Both the position numbers and the translations under genes were made by a program. The notes under the pieces were generated by a model that was not told the origin of the DNA, made no database searches, and saw nothing but the letters and a program-made list of their open reading frames with translations. Positions 9,202-18,642 of a DNA stretch of 64,000 nucleotides are shown here, one piece after another. Source of the DNA: Patescibacteria group bacterium (lineage in GTDB: Bacteria; Patescibacteriota; Patescibacteriia; JBAZBY01); contig JBAZBY010000001.1 of the NCBI GenBank assembly GCA_041671225.1, forward strand, positions 494,940 to 558,939, read 5' to 3'. Position 1 is the first letter of the stretch; every line of letters begins with the position of its first letter.

Positions 9202-9525
9202 ATCGCTCACTAAAGAGAGCGTCTTGAAAACAGAAACGCACATTCAAACGTAATCTCTGTGAGGAAATCGATTTCCCAGCAGAACAAACGACTAGCCAAA
9301 CCCCTTCCTTCAAGGGAAAAAACAAAACAAAAAGGGAGCGCCCCGTTCGCGGATGCAATCCCAGAGGCTGGTCAAATTGAACTTCACCTTCTGAAGGAGA
9401 GGAGAAGTGGTCATCCGATATCATATTTGTATCGCCTTCGGGCGGTGCCAGTTGGTCGGAGAAGCCTTGGGGCTTCTCGTGTACGCATTTACTCACTGTG
9501 TTGTGCGGGGCGGAAGCCCCTTTAT
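9202..9525 (+). ncRNA. Candidate orphan structured ncRNA (~320 nt)
   Basis: Own promoter, serial hairpins, a long-range helix GACTAGCC/GGCTGGTC, a terminal GGGGC-GGAA-GCCCC-TTT and no convincing ORF. Confidence 0.45.
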
Positions 9526-9540
9526 CTTATACTGAAAATG

Positions 9541-9577
9541 ATGCAATGTTGACAGATTGCATTTTTTCGTGTATAGT
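9541..9577 (+). promoter_or_regulatory. Sigma70 promoter overlapped by an inverted repeat (candidate operator)
   Basis: TTGACA(9549)-17-TATAGT(9572); ATGCAAT-N8-ATTGCAT straddles the -35 box. Confidence 0.65.
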
Positions 9578-9762
9578 ACATATGAAGGTTGCAAGATATC
9601 TTCGCTCTTAAGCCGCGTTCATAAGGGGGATGCGTGCTACAAAGCACTAAAATAAAAAACAATTCGATTCAGTGGAGGACCAAGGGCCTTTTGTTTTGGA
9701 CCCTTACTTTTCCATTCGAATTATTAAACGAGAACGGCGTATTATAGCGCCGCTTTTTGTAT

Positions 9763-12700
9763 ATGAAACATACACGATATCAGCGCATGTTCGCATCCAT
9801 CGCAGTCATTGCGATGATCCTCATGCCACTCAGCGGTCTGCAGATCAACACCGCACAAGCAAGCGGCTTGCAAGTGACAGGCAGAGTTGTCAGCCCGAGC
9901 GGCGCAGCGCTTTCCAGCGCTGGCGGTTGGGTGCAGATCGATCCCGCTGCCGGTGGCCCAGGTTTTGGGGAACCGATTCAGAATGACGGTACGTTCACCC
10001 TGAACGGTTTAACTGCCGGCCAGTATAACGTGATGCTAAATTATGGCGGGGCTGGAGATTACACCGCACCGGCGCCGTTCCTCATTACCATTGGAGCAAC
10101 GAATGTTAATCTTGGAAATATCAAACTTGTGATGCCGGCGATCAGTGGGGTACTTTTACCGCCGTCAGGAAGTGCACCCGTCACCAATGCCTCCATCAAT
10201 CTTCGTAGTCAAGACTATACGGTGAATATATGGATCGGCACGGATCCTGTTACCGGAACATTCAAATTCGGTGGCATCAATCCGGGAACATATATCTTAG
10301 CGGCTGAAGCACCGGCCGGTAGCGGATATGCAAATGCAACTGCTGAACTGGAATATACGGGTACAGCGATCACGAATTATCAGTTGCGTCTTGCAATGCC
10401 GAACGTCAAAGGAAAGATCGTCAGCTCTACCGGTGGCTCGTTGGCATATCCGGATATGGCATGGATGAACGCGCGCCTGCACAACGAAGATTACACCATT
10501 TCTCGCGATGCAAATGTCGACCGCACGTCTCATGAATTCATCTTTGGGACTGTGCCATCAGGTTCTTACATATTGGAATTTGATGCGAATGGATTTTCAG
10601 AAACGCCTCCAACAGCCATCACCGTTTCTGTGACGAGCGGTGTATTGAAGAATTTAGGTAATATTCGGATGAGTCGGTCACAATTACAGGGAACCATTAC
10701 CGATCCGTCGGGAGATCCGGTGCAAAATGCGAATATTCAGGTACATAATGATGACTGGTCAAAGAAAGCATGGGCGAACACCGATCAAAACGGTGCATAT
10801 CGCATTGGCGGACTTGCCGCCGGTATATATACCATTGAGGTTCAGGCACCATGGGGAGGTTCTTCCGGACTTGTGTCTCCTGAACCGCAACAAGTGACGC
10901 TGACGCTGGGCGGAACGATCACAAAAAATCTCCGGTTCGTGCAGGCAACGAAGTTCCTGCGTGGAACGGTACGATATGCCGTTGGCACCGGCGCTCAGGC
11001 CGTTGTTGAAGGGGGTGTTGCCGGTGCGCAGGTGAATCTGAATAAAGACGGGGGCTTTGGCAATGCAAGCGCCACCACGGATAGTTCAGGCAATTATGAG
11101 ATCGCGCTTTCCGGCGGCATTTGGAATATGAATGTACAGCCGGCCAATTATCCCGGAGCACCGGCAGCGGATTGGTTCTATGCCGGTCCATCACTGAGCG
11201 TGACATTCGCGAACAACGGAACAATAGAAAATAAGACCATGAATGTGGGAGTTGAACGCGCAACAGCAAGCATCAAAGGAAAAGTGACAAAAGCAGACGG
11301 AACACCGGTGACGCAGGCATGGGTGGATGCAAGGAATGGTAGCGGTGCAGGACAGGGTACCAATGTACAGCCGAACGGGACCTTTACCTTGCGAGTAAAA
11401 GCAGGGACATACACCCTCAATATCTTTGGTGATCAGTCCATGACCTTTCCGGATATGCAGGTTAGTGTGAAAGACGGGGAAATAAAGAACATCGGGACCG
11501 TCACTGCAAAGACCAAAGACGCTAAGATCATCGGAAAGTTTGTTGATGCGTCCGGACGCCCGGTACAAGGACTGCAGGTCGGCGCATTCCAATTTAATGC
11601 AAAAGGATGGAGTAATGGAACATCAGATGAGAACGGCCAGTTCGTTCTTGCGGTGACTTCCGGGCGCTGGGGCGTCAACATGGATAATGGCGGCAACTCA
11701 TCGTATGTGTATTCCGGACAACCTGTTGATGTTGATGTGAAGACCGAAACCTCCACGGTGACATTTGAAGACAACCCGAGATTGGTCATGGAGCTTACCC
11801 GTGCGGATGCAACGATCCAAGGGAACGTTGTCGATACCGACGGTAATGTGGTAACGGGTTTCTGCGCATGGGCGTGGGCTCAGCCAAAGACCGCCGAGAC
11901 ACAAGGGAAAGACGGGGAATTCATGGGACAGCGGTTCGGCGGTCCGGTGAATTGTCAGAACGGGTCATTTTCCATCAGTGTGCCATCAAAAGTAGCTTCC
12001 ACATATATCATCGGCATCGATACTCCGCCGAATACGGTGTATTCCCCGGAAGGAACGCAGACGGTCGCAGTTCTTGCGGACATCACCATAACAAAGAATC
12101 TCGTCGTCAAAGCGAACGATGCGACCCTCAAAGGAAATCTTGTTGACCAGGCTGGAGATCCGGTGAAGGATTGCACAAGCCCGCGCGGATGGTTCGGGGA
12201 CGTGAATGTCTTCGGCAACGGTGGCTGGAAAGGCGGACCCATCAATCCGGATTGCAGTTTCAGCTTCTCGCTGCTTTCTGGTGAATACAACTATGGCTGG
12301 TGGATCGATGACAGCCGTTTCCTGCAAACACCTCCAAGTGATGAAAAGATCACCATCAAAGCCGGTGACAATACATTGAAGATCAAAGTCCTCCGTTCTG
12401 ATGTGACCATTGAAGGAACAGTGGTGAATCCCTCTGGCAAAGGCGTTGATGCCTATGTATGGGCAGGCAATACCGGCGGTGAAGACGAGAAACAGAACGA
12501 TGCAGACATGAACTTCGGCAAGAACATCTTTACCGGGACAAAGACAGAACAAGACGGTACATTCAGCCTTGGACTGCTCTCAGGACAAGTGTGGGAGGTC
12601 GGAACAGGTCTTCCGCAGGGGTCACAATATATGCCAGCGGAACTCTCGACGATCGATCTGAAGAATGGAAGCGCACCGGATGCATTGAGACTGAAGCTGC

Positions 12701-14517
12701 AGGAAGCATTGGGAACTCTTTCCGGTAGCGTTACCATCGGGAATTCTCCTGCGCAGTTCGGATATGTGCATTGCTGGAGTGAACAAGGCGGTTTCACCGG
12801 CGGCGAAGTCATGAATGGAAAATATGAAGTGAACTATGTACAGGGGGATTGGCACTGCCAAGCGGACAGCTTCAATGGCGACACGTTCTATCAGAGCGAT
12901 GAGGCGCTGATCACCGTCACAGACCAGAAGAGTCTGCAGCAGGACTTTACACTTGGTGAGTCTATCTTCTCAGTGCCTTCTACTGTGACGGCAACATTTG
13001 ACGCCGGGGAAGTGCGGAACATCGAACTGGAGAACGGCGTGCGCATCAACATTCCATCAGGAGCGCTTGGGGATGCCGGAACGAACGTGACGGTCACTGC
13101 TTCACCGAATGTCAACGTGAACCAGACCAAGACCGACAAATTGTTCGGCGTCGGGTATGAATTCTCCGCAAAGACCGCTGACGGAACGGACATTACCACG
13201 TTCAACAGCAATGTCACCATCATATTCCCATATACGGACGCGCAATTGGAGGAAATGGGAGTGACGGAAGATGCGCTCGTACCGAAGTATTATGACTCAA
13301 CAACGAATACGTGGCAGCTTCCTATCGGTATCACCGTGGATACGGAGAACAACACCATCTCCATTCAGACGAATCACTTCACAACATTCGGCATCATGCG
13401 TTCCGGTATCACGGGACCTTCCGGCGGTGCACAGAAGATTGTTGCGTCTGCAAAGGCAGGCGGCGGTCCGCACGTAACTGTTTGGGATGCTAACGGCGAG
13501 CTCACTGGCAGCTTCATGGCATACGCAGATACGTTCCGCGGCGGCGTGAATGCAGTCATCGGTGATATTGACGGTGACGGCGTCGGAGAAGTCGTGACGG
13601 TTCCGGATAGCGCTGCCGGCGGACAAGTTCGCGCATTTGAGCAGGACGGCACCTTTATTGGTGAAGTATGGCCCTACGGGTACGGAACCTCATGGCGCGG
13701 TACGCTTTCTCTTGCACTTGCCGATATTGATGGTGATGGCAGTGATGAGGTGATTGTTGCTCCAAAGTCCAACGGTGGCCCGAATGTCCGCACCTATAAC
13801 TTCACTGGTTCTGGATTCGGCCTTCATAGCCAGTTTAACGCGTATAACACGTCACTTCGTACCGGTATTAAAGTATACAGCGAGGATGTTACTGGTGATG
13901 GCACAGCAGAGATCGTGACCGTTCCAATGCCCGGCGCGCCAGCACACGTGCGCGTGTTGAACCAGACTGGTGGTTTGGTCGGCCAGTTCTACGCATTTAC
14001 TGAGGGGTATCGTGGCAGTGCAAACATTACCTTTGGCGACGGTGACCGGGATGGCGACAATGATCTCGTTCTTGCGCCAGCCGTTCTTGGCGGCCCTCAA
14101 GTGCGTGTTGTTGATGGTGGTGGCCAGATGATCTACCAGGAATTCCTCTGGAATTCGAACTGGCGCATGGGTTTTACAGCAGCAATTGATGACACATGGG
14201 AAGGTGGACATATGCATATCATTGCAGCGCCTTCGCAGGGTAGCGGACCACAAATGCGCGTCTGGGATATTGACCCAGGACGCCACAGTCCATATTCTCA
14301 AGGATTCGCATACAATGAATCTTTCCGTGGTGGCGTTGATGTCGTTGTCGCAGATGTTGATAGCGATGGAGTTATGGAGGCTATTACCGCCCCTGGCGCA
14401 GGAGGTGGCCCTCATATCCGCTCTTTCGAGCATGGGTTCACTGGTAGTCCAGAGCTCAACTTTATGAGCCATGCTTCAGCCTTCCGCGGCGGTGTGAACA
14501 TCGACATCGGTCGATAA
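9763..14517 (+). CDS. Giant secreted surface protein: tandem CarboxypepD_reg/Cna-B-like beta-sandwiches, ZU5-like domain, C-terminal FG-GAP repeats
   Basis: Signal peptide ending AQA; repeated G.V....G.PV..A.V....TD..G.Y; TNHFTTF; repeated GGPHVR / FRGGV / D.DGDG..E. Confidence 0.8.
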   Translation: MKHTRYQRMFASIAVIAMILMPLSGLQINTAQASGLQVTGRVVSPSGAALSSAGGWVQIDPAAGGPGFGEPIQNDGTFTLNGLTAGQYNVMLNYGGAGDYTAPAPFLITIGATNVNLGNIKLVMPAISGVLLPPSGSAPVTNASINLRSQDYTVNIWIGTDPVTGTFKFGGINPGTYILAAEAPAGSGYANATAELEYTGTAITNYQLRLAMPNVKGKIVSSTGGSLAYPDMAWMNARLHNEDYTISRDANVDRTSHEFIFGTVPSGSYILEFDANGFSETPPTAITVSVTSGVLKNLGNIRMSRSQLQGTITDPSGDPVQNANIQVHNDDWSKKAWANTDQNGAYRIGGLAAGIYTIEVQAPWGGSSGLVSPEPQQVTLTLGGTITKNLRFVQATKFLRGTVRYAVGTGAQAVVEGGVAGAQVNLNKDGGFGNASATTDSSGNYEIALSGGIWNMNVQPANYPGAPAADWFYAGPSLSVTFANNGTIENKTMNVGVERATASIKGKVTKADGTPVTQAWVDARNGSGAGQGTNVQPNGTFTLRVKAGTYTLNIFGDQSMTFPDMQVSVKDGEIKNIGTVTAKTKDAKIIGKFVDASGRPVQGLQVGAFQFNAKGWSNGTSDENGQFVLAVTSGRWGVNMDNGGNSSYVYSGQPVDVDVKTETSTVTFEDNPRLVMELTRADATIQGNVVDTDGNVVTGFCAWAWAQPKTAETQGKDGEFMGQRFGGPVNCQNGSFSISVPSKVASTYIIGIDTPPNTVYSPEGTQTVAVLADITITKNLVVKANDATLKGNLVDQAGDPVKDCTSPRGWFGDVNVFGNGGWKGGPINPDCSFSFSLLSGEYNYGWWIDDSRFLQTPPSDEKITIKAGDNTLKIKVLRSDVTIEGTVVNPSGKGVDAYVWAGNTGGEDEKQNDADMNFGKNIFTGTKTEQDGTFSLGLLSGQVWEVGTGLPQGSQYMPAELSTIDLKNGSAPDALRLKLQEALGTLSGSVTIGNSPAQFGYVHCWSEQGGFTGGEVMNGKYEVNYVQGDWHCQADSFNGDTFYQSDEALITVTDQKSLQQDFTLGESIFSVPSTVTATFDAGEVRNIELENGVRINIPSGALGDAGTNVTVTASPNVNVNQTKTDKLFGVGYEFSAKTADGTDITTFNSNVTIIFPYTDAQLEEMGVTEDALVPKYYDSTTNTWQLPIGITVDTENNTISIQTNHFTTFGIMRSGITGPSGGAQKIVASAKAGGGPHVTVWDANGELTGSFMAYADTFRGGVNAVIGDIDGDGVGEVVTVPDSAAGGQVRAFEQDGTFIGEVWPYGYGTSWRGTLSLALADIDGDGSDEVIVAPKSNGGPNVRTYNFTGSGFGLHSQFNAYNTSLRTGIKVYSEDVTGDGTAEIVTVPMPGAPAHVRVLNQTGGLVGQFYAFTEGYRGSANITFGDGDRDGDNDLVLAPAVLGGPQVRVVDGGGQMIYQEFLWNSNWRMGFTAAIDDTWEGGHMHIIAAPSQGSGPQMRVWDIDPGRHSPYSQGFAYNESFRGGVDVVVADVDSDGVMEAITAPGAGGGPHIRSFEHGFTGSPELNFMSHASAFRGGVNIDIGR

Positions 14518-14570
14518 GTTTATTCCTTGACCCTTTGACATTTGTCAGAGGGAGAAAATCACTCTTAAAT

Positions 14571-14602
14571 ACCCCACGCCTTTCCTTGCAAGGGCGTGGG
14601 GT
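14571..14602 (+). terminator. Hairpin after the giant protein gene
   Basis: ACCCCACGCCTT...AGGGCGTGGGGT inverted repeat. Confidence 0.6.
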
Positions 14603-14658
14603 TGCATATGAAGGAGTCACAGGGTACACTAAGTTCGTTCTATTCGTAAGATAACGCT

Positions 14659-15021
14659 ATGGAAAAGGCATTCGACCAGTCCTTTCTTGATGAAATGAAA
14701 GGCGAACTCGAAGAAGAAAAACAGCGCATAGAAGAGGAAATTGAAAAGCGCTCAATAAAAAGTTCGCGCGAGGCGGATCACCATGAACCTGCGTATGATG
14801 ATTTAGGTGATAAGACAGAAGACAATGCCACGGAGATGGCGGATTTTGATGTGACCTTCAATGTTGAGACAACACTGGAGGAACAATTGAAGCGCGTTGA
14901 GGAAGCTCTTCAACGTCTTGCGAATGGCATATATGGCATTGATGAAGAGACAGGCATGCAAATTTCAGAAGCTCGCCTGCGCGCCAATCCTACCGCTACA
15001 GTGGACATCGCACCGGAGTAG
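14659..15021 (+). CDS. DksA/TraR-family protein lacking zinc-finger cysteines
   Basis: Coiled coil with D..ED.A.E; L..VE.AL.RL..G.YG; I.EARL.ANP.A; no Cys. Confidence 0.8.
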   Translation: MEKAFDQSFLDEMKGELEEEKQRIEEEIEKRSIKSSREADHHEPAYDDLGDKTEDNATEMADFDVTFNVETTLEEQLKRVEEALQRLANGIYGIDEETGMQISEARLRANPTATVDIAPE

Positions 15022-15024
15022 GCC

Positions 15025-15474
15025 GTGCTTCTTATCGTTGGTATTGCGCTTTTTGGGCTCGCTGCCATAGATCAAATGGTCAAGGCATGGGTACTGCATC
15101 AACCCGACCCGATGATGATACTTCCGGGTTTTCTTGAGATACGCGCAGTAGAAAATCCAGGCATTATTTTTTCCCTTGTATTGCCACTGTGGCTCATTAT
15201 TCTTGGCAGCGTGGTAAGTGCCATACTACTTATGGTAGCACTCGTGCAGGCTCATAAGGCTGGTCATGAGCGTCTTGTAGTTTCCCTTTGTGCGCTCCTT
15301 GCAGGAGGCATGTCAAATCTATTGGATCGTTTTATGCGCGGCGCCGTTATTGATTATATTGCGCTTCCAAAGCCACTGCCCATTATTAATCTTGGGGATG
15401 TACTGGTTGTACTTGGTTTGGTGATGATGCTCATTGATGTATGGGGGAGAAGGAAAAAAGTAAAGAGTGATTGA
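15025..15474 (+). CDS. lspA: Lipoprotein signal peptidase II
   Basis: DQ.VK, N.G..FS, SNLLDR..G.VIDY, NLGD. Confidence 0.85.
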   Translation: MLLIVGIALFGLAAIDQMVKAWVLHQPDPMMILPGFLEIRAVENPGIIFSLVLPLWLIILGSVVSAILLMVALVQAHKAGHERLVVSLCALLAGGMSNLLDRFMRGAVIDYIALPKPLPIINLGDVLVVLGLVMMLIDVWGRRKKVKSD

Positions 15475-15532
15475 CAAGTTCTGCATGATTTTGTAATGTG
15501 CCTTTAGAGACCCGGCGGCATACCGGGTTTTT

Positions 15533-17065
15533 ATGATGACGCATATTTCAAGCGGCGCATTGCATGGCATCCGCATGGAGCCAGTGGACGTAGAGGTGGA
15601 CGTTGCAGGCGGTCTGCCTGCGGTGTATGTTGTTGGGCTTCCTGATGCGGGCGTACAAGAAGCACGAGAACGCATACGCGCAGCATTACATGCAGCAGGT
15701 GGCGTGTTTCCACGCACACGCGTTACCATTAATCTTGCGCCTGCTGATTCGATTAAACGCGGACCCCACTTCGATTTGCCTATTGCCCTTGCGTTGGCCG
15801 CGCAGACCGATGCAAGCATTGCCCGCGCCCTAGAGCAACAATGTTTTTTGGCATTTGGTGAGCTCTCGTTGGATGGGCGTCTGCGCAAGACGCCAGGACT
15901 CCTTGCCGCAGGGAAGCTCGCGGAGCAGGCACAAACAGATGCGCTCATTGTTCCTGCCGCAAATGCGCAGGAGGCGGTACGTTTTTCAGCAGTGCCAGTG
16001 TATGCGGTAGAATATCTTGGCGAGATATTGGATTTTCTTCGCGGCAGACGAACACTTACTGCGGTAAAAAAGCAGGAGCGAAAGGCAAAGGAATCATTGC
16101 CGGATATTGATTTTAGTGATGTTCGCGGGCAAGATCTTGCGAAGCGAGCGCTTCTTGTTGCCGCCGCAGGTGGGCATAATGTACGAATGGAGGGCCCGCC
16201 TGGTGCGGGGAAAACACTACTCGCAAAAGCATTCGCTGGTATTTTGCCGCACATGGACGATGGCGATGTGTATGCTGTTTCGCAGATTTATAGCGCACTT
16301 GGTCTCTTAGATAACGACGCGCCAATTGTTCAGCAAAGACCATTTCGAAGTCCGCATCACACAGCGACCGCGGCAGCATTGCTTGGTGGTGGGAGGCCGC
16401 TGAAGCCGGGCGAACTTACCCTTGCGCATCACGGCGTCCTTTTTCTTGATGAGTTCCCTGAATTCGATCGTCGCGTACTTGAGGCATTGCGCCAACCCTT
16501 GGAGGAAGGTGTGATTGTGCTTTCCCGCGCAGAGGGCACGGAGCGGTTTCCAGCATCATTCATGCTGATTGCCGCACACAATCCCTGCCCATGCGGTTTT
16601 GCAGGTGATCCTGAACGCGAGTGCGTGTGCAGTCCAAATGAGCGTGCGCGATACAAGAGAAAGCTTTCAGGTCCCGTGCTGGACCGGATTGATTTACACG
16701 TTCGTCTGCCCCGTTTGCCATATGAAGAATTACGCGGAAAGGATACCGCATCCGCTGTCTCATCGATGGAAATGCGCGAGATGGTACACGCGGCTCGTTT
16801 GCGTCAGGCAGCGCGCTACGCACAAGAGCCTTGGAAGACAAACGGAGCAATCCCGCATCGTGCGGCAACTGCATATCTTGCTTTGTCTGATGTATCCGAA
16901 GCGCTTCTGAAGAACGCAATGGAAAAGCATCAACTTTCTGCCCGCGCAGTGAGTCGTATTCTTAAAGTGAGCAGGACCATTGCAGATCTTGCCGATGAAC
17001 AACACATACAGCCGAGCCACCTTGCGGAAGCCCTGCAGTATCGTGGCGTTGTACTTAACGCCTAA
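15533..17065 (+). CDS. comM: ComM/YifB Mg-chelatase-like AAA+ helicase
   Basis: VGLPD..V.EARER, TINLAPA, GPPGAGKT, PFRSPHH, GVLFLDE, NPCPCG, SGPVLDRID. Confidence 0.92.
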   Translation: MMTHISSGALHGIRMEPVDVEVDVAGGLPAVYVVGLPDAGVQEARERIRAALHAAGGVFPRTRVTINLAPADSIKRGPHFDLPIALALAAQTDASIARALEQQCFLAFGELSLDGRLRKTPGLLAAGKLAEQAQTDALIVPAANAQEAVRFSAVPVYAVEYLGEILDFLRGRRTLTAVKKQERKAKESLPDIDFSDVRGQDLAKRALLVAAAGGHNVRMEGPPGAGKTLLAKAFAGILPHMDDGDVYAVSQIYSALGLLDNDAPIVQQRPFRSPHHTATAAALLGGGRPLKPGELTLAHHGVLFLDEFPEFDRRVLEALRQPLEEGVIVLSRAEGTERFPASFMLIAAHNPCPCGFAGDPERECVCSPNERARYKRKLSGPVLDRIDLHVRLPRLPYEELRGKDTASAVSSMEMREMVHAARLRQAARYAQEPWKTNGAIPHRAATAYLALSDVSEALLKNAMEKHQLSARAVSRILKVSRTIADLADEQHIQPSHLAEALQYRGVVLNA

Positions 17066-18351
17066 ATGTAAGAAAGCGGGTTCAGCTTGCGACCGCCAAT
17101 GATGACTTCAAAATGGAGGTGATCACCGGTACACCAACCCGTGCAGCCCGAGATGCCAATAACCTGCCCACGACTCACCTGTTGGCCAGCACTTACGCCA
17201 AGACTTGAGAAGTGTCCGTAGAGTGTTTGCATGCCGCCGCCATGATTGATAACGATATTAAGGCCGTATCCGCCACTCCAGCCGGCACTTGTTACCGTGC
17301 CAGACTCTGCTGCATAGATAGGAGAGCGGTTACTATCAATATCAACGCCAGTGTGGCCATAGCGGAAGTATTGGTTGATGCGGTGCGAAGGCGTTGGCCA
17401 CTGTAGTTTTGCTCCAGAAATTGGCGCAGAGGGCAGGTTTATGTTGCTTGGCGATGCATTATACGCGATCGCAGTAGGCTTTGGCGGAGGTGGTGGCTCA
17501 ATTTCTCCTCCAGGAATCATCATATGTTGGCCTGCTTCAATTGCTTCAGCTGCAGGAAGAAGATTAAATGCAAGGATTTCAGCCTCGTCAGCCTTGTATT
17601 TTTTTGCAAGGCTTGCAACGGAGTCTCCAGATTTCACTTCAACGAGCACGCCGGAAACTGGTGGGATGCGGAGTTTCTGCCCCGGTTTGATGTAATTTGT
17701 TGCGGTGAGGTCATTTGCCCAGAGGATAGTATTAGTAGAAATACCAAAATTACTCGCTATAGAAGAGATAGTATCACCACCTTGCACAGTGTATTCTTCC
17801 ACTGCCTCACGCGGACGCCCGGTTGTTGAGGTATCAATAAGATTCGCCTTTACGAGTGCATCGCCGCTACCCGTGACCATTCCCGCTCCACTCGTAATCG
17901 TATTGACGAACACGGCATTTGAGGGACTTATATGTGCCGCAAGCACAGCTTCTTCGTTACGGTAGTTCTTGGGTACGTAAAAGTTTTGCGCCGTTTCTAT
18001 AATTTCCGTTGGAAAGTCAGTCCCAACCACCGCTGCGATCGCGGTGCCACGACCAAAATCCTCTGTTTGCACTTCCTGCGCGGTGATATTACTTGCTGTC
18101 ACTCCAAGCGTTACGAGGGCAATCATGATATGCAACACGTAGCGGGTGGTGAAAACATAGAGCCAGCTATTCTTTGCCGGTGCGAGGAATTTTTTGGTTG
18201 TTTGTTTGATAGGTAGGTACCACTGGTAGATGCGTACAGATAGTGGCAGCAACATGTTACGAACGAGGAATCGTATCGGAATGACCAATACAATAAAAAA
18301 GAAGAGTAGTAGACTCTTCCCGAGAAATGCCACAAGCGCCAAAAACTTCAC
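17062..18351 (-). CDS. Membrane-anchored 2xLysM + M23 peptidase
   Basis: YTVQGGDTISSIA and VKSGDSVASLA LysM repeats; HTGVD and HLHFEV M23 motifs. Confidence 0.9.
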   Translation of the reverse strand: MKFLALVAFLGKSLLLFFFIVLVIPIRFLVRNMLLPLSVRIYQWYLPIKQTTKKFLAPAKNSWLYVFTTRYVLHIMIALVTLGVTASNITAQEVQTEDFGRGTAIAAVVGTDFPTEIIETAQNFYVPKNYRNEEAVLAAHISPSNAVFVNTITSGAGMVTGSGDALVKANLIDTSTTGRPREAVEEYTVQGGDTISSIASNFGISTNTILWANDLTATNYIKPGQKLRIPPVSGVLVEVKSGDSVASLAKKYKADEAEILAFNLLPAAEAIEAGQHMMIPGGEIEPPPPPKPTAIAYNASPSNINLPSAPISGAKLQWPTPSHRINQYFRYGHTGVDIDSNRSPIYAAESGTVTSAGWSGGYGLNIVINHGGGMQTLYGHFSSLGVSAGQQVSRGQVIGISGCTGWCTGDHLHFEVIIGGRKLNPLSYI

Positions 18352-18642
18352 CAGGATACTGAGTGCTGTTTTGGAGAATTGAATGGAGATACTTTGTCCT
18401 TTTCCGCATCAGACACTGCCCTGCGATTTGGGTCTTTACCCCCTCCCTATGGAGTGTTCCAGAAGCCTGAAACATCACAGCAGCACCTCTATGCGATTTT
18501 GAGAACCAAGCAATACTACCCTGGTGTATATTGCCTGTCAAGGCGTTTATTTGTGCTTCAAAAACAACCTTTTTTGCTTTTCGAGTCGCTCCTGATTTGG
18601 TATACTGCAGGTGCACAAAAGGGGACTTACGAGCATTTTTGT

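Noticed and set aside
15319-16254. 311-aa antisense ORF over comM, and similar antisense ORFs over pnp, leuS and recG
   Set aside because: These are typical reverse-frame shadows of conserved genes with no independent motifs.
18379-18642. 88-aa N-terminal extension of LeuS
   Set aside because: Homology-like sequence starts at MDEKY (18643). The upstream part is the divergent promoter region read through by chance.
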